Below the pieces are notes generated by a model. It did no database searches and had not been told where the DNA came from. It worked only from the letters and a program-made list of their open reading frames with translations. 64,000 bases of DNA. Origin: Lepidodermella squamata (taxonomy: Eukaryota > Animalia > Gastrotricha). This document shows positions 49,408-61,257 of the stretch, one piece after another; position 1 is the first letter of the stretch, and each line of letters opens with the position of its first letter. The position numbers and the translations under genes were made by a program. The stretch spans positions 1,612,001-1,676,000 of the forward strand of contig JBLDXI010000024.1 of assembly GCA_047495785.1 (NCBI GenBank). Reading direction: 5' to 3'.

Positions 49408-49707
49408 AATTTAGCCGGTGTTGCGCGACACTAACTTGAATTTTACATTCTAGTTCAGCTCTTTCCTTCTCGGTGTTCAACTAGCAGAAAAAAATCAGCT
49501 CAAATTCTTTATAATTGCTCCTGTTGGCTATGTAAATAATATTCGATCGCGTTTTTGGGACACCGCAGTTTCAATAAAAAAGTTGAAATTTGTTTTCGAA
49601 ACCGAGTTTGTTGGTTTATTAATATTTTTTTAAATTTAAAATGAAAAATAATATCAACGAGATTTTTGTGAGAAGAAAGCAACAACAACAAAGTCATTTT
49701 TTTGTGT

Positions 49708-52051
49708 TTAAAATTCGATCTTGTGAATGACAAAGCTGTCATCGGCGTCGCTCAAGTCGCTTGACAGGCAGGGTTTCATTTCCAATTTAGCTGGTTCGAG
49801 ACAGTTTCCGATGAGCGTTTTGACCGGCGTTTTCCAAGTAGCGAGCGGCAGGTTGTCCTCGGCAGAATCATAGCCGGAATCGAAACTGTTCCTGACCTTG
49901 GATTTGTTGACACGCATCAGGCGCAATCTTTGTTTCGACAAAGTGAAAGATTCGGCTGGGGGAAAAAATCAGAAATTTAGCGATTTTTTTTAATGTTTTT
50001 TTCAGGCTTACGTTTAGTTGACAGCGCGGTTCGAATCACCTCGAGCTTGCCTTCGCGGCGTTTGCGCTCAGAAACCGGCTTTTTAGTCACCGTGCCGCGG
50101 TCGTGGGCTCTCTGGTGACGCGTCAAGCCCTTCACGTCGCGGAAGTAGATATTGCACGGCGCGCAAATCTGCGGCTCTTCGACCTCGTGAGCAGCGGCGT
50201 GAGATTTCAGCTGAACATTCCACGTCGAAGCAAAGTCGCCTAAACGAGCCAAAAATCTAAGGAGAAAAATGGCGAGGAATAATCAAACAAACATTTATCG
50301 CATTTGAACGGCTTATCGCCGGTGTGGGTTCGCAGGTGGGAGTCGAGCTGGTACTTCTTGACGGCGACAAAGTTGCAGTACTCACAGTGGTACTTATACT
50401 CGCCCAGGTGCCGACGCGTGTGCTCCCTCAACATATAGGTATCAAAGCATTCGTATTCCTGAAAATTAAACAAATTAAAAATGCCCGAAAATATTAGGAA
50501 TTTACATACGCAAAATTCGCATTTATAGCGGGTTTCTTTGTTGTGATTGCGGCGGATATGGACGCGCATCTAACAAAAAAATTAATAATTAAAAAAATTG
50601 CACGGGAAAGGACAAACCGAAACAGCTGAGAGCATTTTGCCGCACAAATGGCATCGAACTCGAGGGTGAGTTGTCATCGGGGCAGACTGAGGGGCGTCTT
50701 CAGTGATTTCGGGGTGAGCGATGAGTTTATGCTGGGCGAGTTGCGAAGCTGTCATGAAGCGAAGATCGCAAAAGTCGCATCTTGCACTCAGGCCCTCGCC
50801 ATTGTGCTCCAATCCGAGATGCTGAGCCATTTCATCGGCATTATCGAACCGCAAATAACACTAATACAAAAAGTTGGAAAATTCGAGTAATAAATCAACG
50901 AAATTTCGAACTTACGATGATGCAGATGTGGTGAACGTGAAGCCGGTGGTAGTTGAAAGCAGCTTCAGACTTGAAACTCAACCCGCAATCGTCGCACAAC
51001 GAACCGCCCTCAAGGACCTCGATGCGATGGCTGGTATCGAAATGCGTATCAAGCTGCTTGTGGGTGTGAAATCGGCGCGGGCACTGGTCACAGTCAATCG
51101 AGGTCCGCAAATGCTTGACAATATCCGACGGATTAACCGTTTCAAAACGGCAATCTTCAGCGACGTGGCAGCTAAACAAGGCCGGTTCCAACGTTGGGCC
51201 ATCCGAGTTCCACTTGACCGTCAAATAATCGCCGTATTCGTTCATGATTTCTATCAGCGGCTTGTTGCGACACGACATCAGGAACTGGACACGCATGGCT
51301 GCGTCGTTGATTTCGTCAATCGACTTGTCGCCGTTCAGCGTTTTTATCATTTTGCCAGGCTTTTTAGCTTGACTTTCGTGGGTTGAAGTCGGTTTCGCAG
51401 TCGCCGTAAAACCTTCAACTTCTTCTTCAAGGAAATCTAAGGCGGCGTTGGATTCGGTCGGCTTAGCTCGGCTTTTTCTTATTGGTCTCGATTTCGCCGA
51501 TCGACTTGATTCGGCTTGTTTCTGCAGCTGATCGGCTGTGGCCGAGATGTTTGGCAACTCAGATCCGTTGACATTTTCGTGGTCGAGTTCTCGGAAAAGT
51601 TCGGAAAAGCTGATCAGAGGGTTGCCGGTCGAGTTACTGGCGGCGGCCGGAAAACTAGGGTTGAGAAAACTGCCGCTTAGTTGCGCAAAACTCGAGTTGA
51701 AAAACACCGATGGAGAGGCGGAGCAGCTGCAAAAACAAAGAAAAAATATGTCAAGGCGAGAATAAAACTTTAAATAAAAACCACTCACTCAGCGAAGTTT
51801 TCGTTGTAATGACCAAACGGCGTCGGGAAAGGCATGTGGGCAGGAAGTGGGCCATTCGGCAGCAACGCCGCGACGTTGACCGAGCTCGCGTAGTTTTGAT
51901 GGGCGGCCGGTGGCGTCGGATAGGCGAAGTTCTGGTGAGCTGCCGGCGAATTTTCATAATTCGCTTGATTTTGAGAGAAAAAATGGCTAATTGGCGGCAA
52001 AGGAGCCGATGGCTGGTAGCCGTCATTTGCTGCATACTGTACTTGTTGCAT
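49708..52051 (-). CDS. Multi-exon C2H2 zinc-finger protein
   Basis: Multiple CxxC...HxxxH fingers across ORFs 50895-51788, 50582-50854, 50240-50569 and 49977-50252, including the linker HTGDKPFKC. Short introns. Confidence 0.88.
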
Positions 52052-52641
52052 TCAATAAAATTTAAAGAAAATAACAATCTAAACAGAGCGGAAAGAAAAT
52101 TGTGGTAAAAATTGCACGAGTAATAAAACTAGAGGTCAAGAAAAAGTGAAAAATTGTGAGAGTTGCGCCGCGTAATAAAAGTGAAAATGCGAGTGCGGCG
52201 AACAGCAATTAAAAATGCGCCGAGCCTCACCAGACGCGGCAAGGCCGCATGTTTTGCTTGGTAAAACATCAACCAAAAAGTAAAACAAGAGCAATTTCCA
52301 AAAGAAGCGAGCAATAACAGCGAAAAACTTCATGAATAAAATTTTTTAAGGCGGGCTTTTCTTTAATTTTATTGAAATAAATAAAAATCAAGAGAAATTC
52401 TGTTATTTAATTTGCCTGCGCAGTTTGATTGATATTGGCGCTGCTATTTTTATCTGGCGAGGATTTCGAAATTGCGGAAATGCTATTCAAAAAAGTATTA
52501 AAGTACGAAAAATGTCAAATAATACTGCAGATATTTGTTCGAGTTAGTTTCGCTTTGGTCCTAGGCAAAAATAGGCCACGTAAAGAATAAAAGCGAATTT
52601 TTATTATAATTTTTCTACTACAATCAGGTGATTTTAAAATC

Positions 52642-53907
52642 ATGTGCTACTTGGCGATGGCATTCTGTGCCTTTCTATTTTTCATCGGCTATTCCGCATC
52701 CGAATTTCTGCCGCAGGAGGAGCAGCTAAAAAATTATCTCATCGACGAATGTTCCGTTCTATCTCGATCTAGACCAGTCGAGAAATTTAACGACCCTGTT
52801 GTTGTAGCTGTTGATTTATTGCCGTTTCGTTTCCAAGAGCTGAACGATCAACTGCAACGGTTCAAAGTCATAGCAGAGATCGATTTGTATTGGCAGCATC
52901 CATGTGCAAATTGGAATACGTCCGAGTGGCAAAACATCAGCGATGTTTCTTTCAACGCGCGGGAAACTTGGGTACCCATTGTTCAGCATGTCAACGCCGA
53001 TTCAGAAATGGTGCTGAATCGGTAAAAACTTTTTTCTGGAGAAAATGAGTAAATTCATCCCAATTTTATAGCTTGCTCGAGGCTGGGTTCATTTACTTGT
53101 CGAATCAAGGTCGCTTTCATCTGCCTACAACAGCGAGCCTAGATTCATTCTGTGAATCGAAGTTAGAATTTCCATGAATAATTTCTAATTAATTTTAATG
53201 ACTGATTTTACAGTCTAAAAAAATTCCCCTTCGACTCGCTGCGATGTTCACTGCAATTCGAACCTTATCAGCCCTCGAACTTTGTTCAGTTGGTTCTGCA
53301 GCAAGGTGATGGTAATCGCACTGTGGAAATTCACTCGGACAACAACCGCCTATTCATTAGCGATGGCGAGCTATGGAATTTGATTAACATTACAGGGAGC
53401 GTTCATTTAATTCGTTACGGAAATGATGTACTCGGAGATCAATACACAAGGGCTGTATTTATTTTTGAGCTGTCTCGTCGACCGACCAGTTACGCCATCA
53501 GCATTTTCGCTCCCTGTTTTGGTCTCCTGCCTGTTTTGTTCGCAGCCGGGTTCCTGCCTGCTAAACATCCAGATCGGCCTGTTTTCTTCATCACAGTCGT
53601 GTTAGCTTATTCTTTCATCCAAACTGCTGTCAATGAAATGATTCCAACTTCTAACGAAACAGCGTATGTTGTGATGCTTCTGGCTGTTCAACTTGGCGTT
53701 GGCTCGTTATGCACCATTTATTCAATGTGGTCGTGTCACTTTTCGAAAACGAAGCAGGCTAGCGAGTTGGTCATAATTACATTCGAAAGACTGAGGCTTC
53801 AAATCCGCTGGACCAAGATTAATGCCATCGATTTAGCTTTCTTTACAATCGCTTTCCTTATAACTTGTCTCATAGACTTCATTTTGTTGTTGCTTATGGT
53901 AAAATAG
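52642..53907 (+). CDS. Cys-loop pentameric ligand-gated ion channel subunit (divergent, nAChR/5-HT3-like), 3 exons
   Basis: Signal peptide, SRPV, TWVP, and Cys-loop CESN|LKKFPFDSLRC (C-x13-C). Pre-M1 LSRRP and four TM helices. Confidence 0.88.
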
Positions 53908-54348
53908 AGCCGTCGCTTAAACAATGTGCAAACAATAAATAAATACAAACAGGCTTCTTCTTGGCTGTTATCTGATCTATTGTTCGAATATCTTTAAATT
54001 ATTTCTGCCTTACAAAAGTATCGCAATCATAGGCTACGTGGGCATCAAATCGAACTATACCGGCCGGCTTCGCGTTAATTTTTTGAAATTTTTAAAATCC
54101 TTTATATTTTTAAAATTCAGCCGGATTCCAGGATTTCTAAATTTTTTATTGCATGAATCATTTTGTTGCACTTGTCATGATTCATCTGGCGATTTTTTTC
54201 AAACTGCTTAGGAGGTTATTAGAGTGCGCATGCGGCAGGTCGCGTGGACCATTCTTACTGATGCCAAAGATTGCACGGGCAGCGCAGTATAAAAGCAACG
54301 CTCCGACTTCATTTCTTCATCCTGTCTATTTATTTCTAGGGTAAAATC

Positions 54349-55585
54349 ATGCCTGATATTATCGATGATTTGCCGACTGCGCTGCGAATTCGTGGTCTAT
54401 CGAAGAACGGCGACGAGCCAATCGCGACCGGTGCTTTTGGCGCTGTTTATTCGTTGAAACGACTCACGCCGCCCCCGCCTAATAGTAAAGAAGCGCTGCC
54501 TGAATTGGTTATTAAGGTGATACACGCTGGCGACTTTACCGAGAAGATGCAAACACGCCACGGCGACTGGACTCTTGAGAGAATCAAGAAAGTTCTACAG
54601 CGTGTCATTGGCGAAGCCGAGCGACTAGCAAAGCTGCACCACTGTTACATAGTGCGTTATGAGGACCATTTCACGTGCGATGTACTACCTGGGCATGACT
54701 GGAAGTACGCAGCACTCGTGTTGGAATACGCCAGATTCGGAACCTTGGAGAAGCAAATACAAACGGCGGTCGACAGCATCATGATAGAGTTGATACAACG
54801 ATGGTTTCTACAAATAGCAATGGGTCTTGAATACATCCATTGCCGAATTTTTCCTGGCGCTAATGAGAATTCGTAACTTTAAAACATATTCATCGCTATA
54901 AGATTGCTAAATTTCTATAATTTCAGGTCTCCAGGAATGTGTCATTTGGACCTACAACCTGCCGTTAGTTTTATTTAATATCGAACAGAATATTTTCAAA
55001 AAATATGATTTTTTATAGAATGTTTTCATAAACGCCCGCGGTGATATTATCATCGGAGATTTCGGATCCGCTCTTATCATGAGAGACATGTAAACTTTTA
55101 ATATATAACCAATTATTATTGGGTAGGATGAATTTTCAACTGTATTTCAGCGAAAGCCGCGTCATCGGCACATCTGCTGCAGCTTTCGGCGATCCTAGCT
55201 ACTTCTCTCCGGAGCGCGTCAGCGGAGATCATTGGGTTCCATCGGGATTGGACGATACCTGGGCTTATGGGGTCATGCTCTACTACGCTGCGACTTTGCG
55301 CTTGCCAGTTCGTTTTTTACCGAGTTTATATTTGCGAATAACATTGTTTCGTGTCTCTAGTTTCAAGGCGTGAACGCTTACCAAATAATGAGGGAAATAG
55401 AATTGAAAGATCCCGTCGAAGTCGATAGCTGGGATCTACTGCTGCGCGATCTCATTAGGGGAACTTTGAACAAGTCGCCTGCTGATCGCTTGACGGCCGA
55501 GAAAATCTTGCGACATCCCTTCTTCCAAAGCAATCCAAATCTCAATACAGACCTCAAGGACAAAATCGTTCAAGGCAGAGGTTAG
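54349..55585 (+). CDS. Ser/Thr protein kinase (NEK-like fold, atypical catalytic loop), ~5 exons
   Basis: GAFGAVY, VIK, HCYIVRY, LEYA, CHLDLQPA|NVF, GDFGS, GDPSYFSPE, DTWAYGV and DRLTAEKILRHPF. Confidence 0.85.
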
Positions 55586-55731
55586 AATAATTCAATTAAT
55601 TTTATTTAACGCGTATAGACCTCACCGCAGATAACGGTGAGGGAAAATTATTAGTTGTCCCAGCGCAATGCCATAGATAACACGATAACCAAAAATAAAA
55701 AATAGAATAAAATAAAATGGGCCATACTTTA

Positions 55732-55974
55732 AGCGGAACCAAATTTTGGAATTTGCGATGGGCACAAAACAACATTTCGAAACTTTCAAGGATTTCATGA
55801 TTGATCGGCATAATTTAAACGAAATCATCTCTAAATTCAGCGTTAAATTCTGTACAAGACGCATTCACTATAGAATTTATGCATTGCCTCAATTTCGTAG
55901 AAATATTCAAAACGTGACCTTTAGCTTAATTAAAATTAGGTTCCGGTTCCGCAATATGCACATTTGGTTCCGCT
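55732..55974. mobile_element. Second copy of the AGCGGAACCAAAT MITE family
   Basis: AGCGGAACCAAAT (55732-55744) and ATTTGGTTCCGCT (55962-55974). Confidence 0.6.
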
Positions 55975-55987
55975 AAAAGGGTTGTAC

Positions 55988-56529
55988 GACTTTTCAGCAG
56001 TGACATTTCAGCAAATGAGGGTCAAATCATCAGTGACTTTTCATCAGTGACAAATGAGCAGTGACATTTGAGCTGCGACATTTGCGCAGTGACAAATCAT
56101 CAGTGACAAGTCAGCAGCGATTTTTGTTAATTTTTCCTATATTTTTTCAAATTTATTACTTTTATCTCAATGACATTTGCGCAGTGACATTTCAGCGGAG
56201 ACATTTCATCAGGAAAATTTTAGCCACACTAAGCAGGGGGCTATGCGCTACGTTGAACTCGAGCTCAAAAAGTGGAAGGTCAATGCCCAAGATTAATAAA
56301 TAAAAATTGACGAAATGTCACTTGCTCATTTGTCACTGATGAAAAGTCACTGCTCAATAGTCACTGATATTTTGTCGCTGCTGAAATGTCACTGCTCAGT
56401 TGTCTTCAAGGATTGTTTAAATTAATACTAAAATTCGATTTTTATGAATTTTTTACTGACAAGGTTTCACTGATGAAAAGTCACTGCTGATTTGACCCTC
56501 ATTTGCTGAAGTGTCACTGCTGAAAAGTC
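55988..56529. mobile_element. Foldback/MITE with ~60-bp TIRs built of CAGTGAC repeats
   Basis: GACTTTTCAGCAGTGACATTTCAGCAAATGAGGGTCAAATCATCAGTGACTTTTCATCAGTGA is mirrored at ~56467-56529. Many CAGTGAC/GTCACTG units flip orientation at the centre. Confidence 0.88.
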
Positions 56530-56696
56530 TGACCACGATTTTTTTCGTGAAAAAATGGCAAAAGTCATGGAAATAAAAGAATTTTTCTGCCGGAAAACTT
56601 ATTTGAAGTCATTTTGCTTTGCTCTCTTCGACTTTTATTATTTGTATATTTATTATACCTATCAAAACGGAGCTCAAGTTCTTCATTGGAAGTGCA

Positions 56697-57605
56697 ATGG
56701 TTTACCTTGCGTTGCTTTTTTTAATAGAAAATCTGCTCCACCACTTGCGGAAGAAAATTGGCGAGGGCGAGCCTGCTCGGCCAAATGAATCTCAGTTAGA
56801 TAATGCGCTGTTGGCTTGGCGAAAAGATGTATCCGAAACGTTTGGGGAATTCAAAGTTCTGTGTCGACAATGGCAACAGACGGTTCAGGAAAAACTGGAT
56901 CCGCTATACGCAGCGATAGCCAAGAAACTTGCTGATCATGATGAAGGCGTTAAATTTAGCCAAATTGGAAGCGGTTTCGGTGGACTGATTGCAACTGGGT
57001 TGGGCGTTGCTGGAGCTATTTGCTGCCTAATTGGATCAGGCGTGGTGGTTGGAGGTCCTCTACTCATAGCTGCAGCAGCTGTTAGTGTTGCGGGAACTAC
57101 GATAACTGGTATGGTGCTGGAAAAGTCGCTGCTTAGTGATGTCAAAACTGCTCAGGACAACTTCAAACCCTTGGACGACAATATGGTTGCTTTGATGGAA
57201 CGCCTGAGGGGCATAGTACCAGAAGACGCGTTGAATGAAGCGATCGAGACTAAACTGGGGAGACCGGAAAGCATGCAAGCAAACTGGGCTAATATCGCCA
57301 GAATTGCACGAGTCGCGGTCAACGCCGGTGACATAGCTGTAGATATCGCTGAGATAGCCACGCAGGCAGCCGTGAAGGAGGGAGCGCGGATAACAGGCTC
57401 AGTCCTGCCACCGTTTGGTGCCATACTCGACTTGGCTACGATTATCAGCGCCGGCAAATCATTCAATAAATGGGAGCAAGCCGAATTCATGGGATGTCTG
57501 AGTCGTGCTTTACAAGATCGAGAACAGTATTTCCAGGCAACTCATGACTTTATTCAGCAGCAAATCATTGTTCCGTTTAGCATGTTAGCAGAAAGCAAGG
57601 AGTAA
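56697..57605 (+). CDS. Apolipoprotein L (APOL)-like protein
   Basis: Helical region, then Gly/Ala-rich hydrophobic hairpin SQIGSGFGGLIATGLGVAGAICCLIGSGVVVGGPLLIAAAAVSVAG and a second hydrophobic segment GAILDLATII, as in the APOL family. N-terminus uncertain (possible acceptor near 56727). Confidence 0.65.
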   Translation: MVYLALLFLIENLLHHLRKKIGEGEPARPNESQLDNALLAWRKDVSETFGEFKVLCRQWQQTVQEKLDPLYAAIAKKLADHDEGVKFSQIGSGFGGLIATGLGVAGAICCLIGSGVVVGGPLLIAAAAVSVAGTTITGMVLEKSLLSDVKTAQDNFKPLDDNMVALMERLRGIVPEDALNEAIETKLGRPESMQANWANIARIARVAVNAGDIAVDIAEIATQAAVKEGARITGSVLPPFGAILDLATIISAGKSFNKWEQAEFMGCLSRALQDREQYFQATHDFIQQQIIVPFSMLAESKE

Positions 57606-58587
57606 GCAATTGCTTAAACTTCCCCTTCATTCAATGTGTTTGCTGCATTTATTGTATTATTGGTACTCGGTTTTGTTTCACGCTCTTGGCGCAGTTCAGT
57701 TATTCACATCATAATTCACATGTTGCTAATGTACCTATATTATGTTATTCGAGCATCAACGTGTGTTTCTGCTTGTGATCGATAAACTTATCATTGCAAA
57801 TAAACATGGTTTCATTCGAACAAAACTCGAGGTGTATTTTTTTTTAATTTTTAAATTTTTTTTTCAAGTTGCCGCTTTGAAAATCACCGAATTCAAAAAT
57901 CAATCGTTATATAAAACATGCATCAGGGTTGCTGATTAATTGGGCTTCGAAGTTCAACATAGTTCTGCTTTTCAAAAAGTGGCGAATAAAGTTTTATCTT
58001 GAATTTTCCTAAATCCACCGGAAAATCATCTTATCTTATCAAATTCATCCAATTCGGGTTTCGTATTCGCATACAGCGAACCTTCGAAGATCGAGTAAAT
58101 CCCTAGGTTGGAAAAAGTAAAAAAAAATGAATGAATTGAAGAAGCTGAAAATCATGAAAAAACAAAGGCGGGTTTCTTTAATAAAAATAATGAAATTGCA
58201 AAGGAAAAAGGTGTATTGATTCCAAGTATCGATTTTACAAATCCTTGATTTTTCCGATAGCAACCCCGAGGTTCAAATGTATAAAGCGTGAAAATTGGTT
58301 CATTTCATTTGGACGATTTTCGTGATTAACGCACATTTTTTATTGAAAACATGTTTCCCAACAGAATTTCATCCTTTACGGGCGGATCAGATTCAAGATG
58401 AGTCGAGACGCTTACGAGTTTCGGCTAATGAAGCTAACGAGAAGCCTAATTAAACATGCGCGAGATATGGCTTATAATTCATTAGTCGCCTGCGTTCAAT
58501 AACTGTGAGAAAGTTCCAGCCAAGACAGAGAGAACTGACACAAGAGACATTCTATCAATCTAAAACTGTCTCGAATCATCAACTGCG

Positions 58588-61240
58588 ATGATTTTAGGCT
58601 TCGTAATGTTGCAATCGATCTATTCGGCTACCTTGGCCATAAAACCTTACACATTGACCGTAATGACGATTATTCAGGAGTCCCCAAGCCGCCCTCAAAA
58701 TGGCAAAACATGCCGAGCAGCTTCCCGTCTAGTGGCTGATGTCATCAACAATCGTTCAGATATCCTACCCGATTACCAAATCGAACTCAAATTCGAGGAG
58801 GAAGAATTAGGCACGGCACCTGCGCGGCTAGTCACATCATTCAGCGAAATCTTCGGGCTACCAGCTTCGAATACTTCAAAGATCAAATCACCCTTAATCG
58901 TAGGCCCGTTCGTGTCAACTGGTTGCAAAGCCATGGGCGCTATTTTGCACCATCTTAATTTTGTCGCAATTAGCATTAATTGCGCGGCTACGGCTTTGAC
59001 CGAACATGCGCTGTACCCAAATTTGTACCTCATGTTCAACGCTGGAAACTTACCGGCAGCGGTTGTTGAATTTGTGGTCGATCAAGGTAATAATTTCACT
59101 AAAAAACTAATTTTAAGTTAATTAAAATTAAAATTTCAAATATAAATTTTAAATTTTTAAATTTCTAGAAGTGAGATTTTAATTTTAATTTTTTGTTAGG
59201 TATTTTCCATTTTTTGCAAAATTGCAAAGTTTTAAAAATCAAATTCAAGGCAAAATTCACAAAATTCGATTTATTTTGAGATGGACTATCCCGAAGCAAT
59301 TTTAAAAAAATTTGAAGAAAGAGATGAGCTCTTTAATAAAAATTCGTTATTTTTTCCTGCTTTCTCAAACAGGACATTGGAGACGAATGGCGATTTTGAC
59401 CAGTGCTACGAACTTGAACGACTACTACACCGCCCTAAAGGTTCAAAAGCTGGCAAATGCTGCCAATGTCTCTGTGCCTTGGTTCAACGTTGTCGTTGAA
59501 CTCGACGATGAAATAATCGATTCTTTGAAATCAAGCGATTCAAGGATAATTTTGATTTACATCGGAACGGAACGCGTTACTTGGAAATTTTTATGCCTAA
59601 CCTATCAGCACGGTATTACTGGACCGAGGTACATTTTCATGATTAACGAAGCAACTTACAGCGACCCTCGAAACATCCCTGAATCGTCGCTATCTGGCTG
59701 TAGTAGAGACGAATTGATAGAACAAGTTAAATATTCTGTATGGATAGGAGGCCGGCCGACAATAGACGACAACTTGATGTCGGAAATCGGCGAAAATGTC
59801 ACTATTTTTCAGAAAACTCTCGACAATAACTATCTTAACCATTCGATTCCGGGCGATTATCAAAATCGATTCCTTTGCCACGACGCCATGCTTCGCGGAC
59901 TAATGTCACTCGATAGGGCTGATCGAAATTTGAAATTACAAAATTTAACATTGAAAGACTACGCCACATTTCCGAGAGAAGTCATGCTTATCGTCAACAA
60001 ATCAGTATTGGAATCTGATGTAGCAGGATTAGGCCGATTGGCTCGAATGCAATACGACGAGTTAGGCCGAGATTCGGAGAATTTCGTGGCAATGTCGTAT
60101 TGGACCCCTGCAAATGCTATGAAGATGGTTTGGCTGCCAGAAAGTACGAAAATCTACCTTAATAGTAGTCAAATGCTTCGAAATATTACGAAATTTACGT
60201 GGACGGGCTGGGACGGAAAGCCGCCAAGAGATGGGCCTATCTTCATTCGTGAATACAGCGATGTTAGTGATATAGTCTTCGAAACTATATCTGTCCTAGT
60301 CGCAATTTCCTCATTCATCCAAATAGGACTTACAATTGTATTTATCGCCCTGAGATCCGAATTATCGGCTAATAATTCCTTTCCTGTGAGCAAAGTCGTA
60401 GGGTTCCTAGGCTGTATCGCTTCCAATACATCAGCTTTCATCTGGGCCTATAGAATTGATGGCAAAGATATTCATTTAGGCGAGATATTGAGCTCCTTAC
60501 GCATCGGGCTCTTAGTTATAGGGTTCAGCTTCGCAAACGGGGTCATTTCACTTTATCCTATTATTCTATACCGATTAGGACACGTTGCCTACCTCTCCTC
60601 TGTGAAATCTGTGGGAATATTGGCCTATGCTGTACCGAAGATGTACGGCATGATGGATCAGGTAGCCCGAGCTAGAACGATAGGATTGAAAGCTGGACTC
60701 CGGGGCATCTCCAAAGTCTCACAGAAAGCGGACCATTACACAGCGATTTCAGCCATTATTTTTGTTGGATTAAATATCGCAATTTTAATCGGTTGGTTAC
60801 TCGGCGATTCCAGAATCTGTTCGTTGGAGATTGTTAAGGCTATGAGTGGGTACTCTCCCGTGACCGATGTCTATTTAAGGACATTCGCTTTAAATTGCGG
60901 ATCCGAGTATCAATTCGCTTGGGTCACGACGATATGCAGCATTCAGATCGTTGTTTTCCTTATTGGGAGTTTACATTTTTTGCGATTCAAGAGAAAGCCG
61001 ATGCTGCGGCACAGTTATGGCGAATTTTTCTACTCAGTTTCGTCTCTTCTCAATTGTTCCACATTATTATTCTGCGCGATTCTAGCGCTTTTGGTCGCGA
61101 AAGATCAAACGGCCCAACGAACTATTTTGGCGTTTCTGTTGCTGACTTTGTCAATATCTACGGCTTTTCTATGGACCCATCCGCATCGAAAAGAAATTCG
61201 GAAAATTTTCCATCAAATCAAGAATAAGTTTTTGAAGTAA
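58588..61240 (+). CDS. Class C GPCR, GABA-B-receptor-like, 2 exons (intron 59087-59372)
   Basis: Signal peptide, Venus flytrap domain (INNRSDILPDYQI, LYPNLY, GHWRRMAIL, SDSRIIL, LCLTYQHGITGPRY), WDGKPPRD directly before the 7TM region, and no Cys-rich domain. Confidence 0.88.
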
Positions 61241-61257
61241 AAATGGTTTATTTTTGT

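Noticed and set aside
50874-52108. Plus-strand ORFs of 75-170 aa
   Set aside because: Antisense to the zinc-finger exons, with no independent features.
55988-56529. Regularly recurring CAGTGAC units resembling a CRISPR array
   Set aside because: Units are short, irregularly spaced and invert at the centre. The context is eukaryotic with no cas genes, so this is a foldback element.
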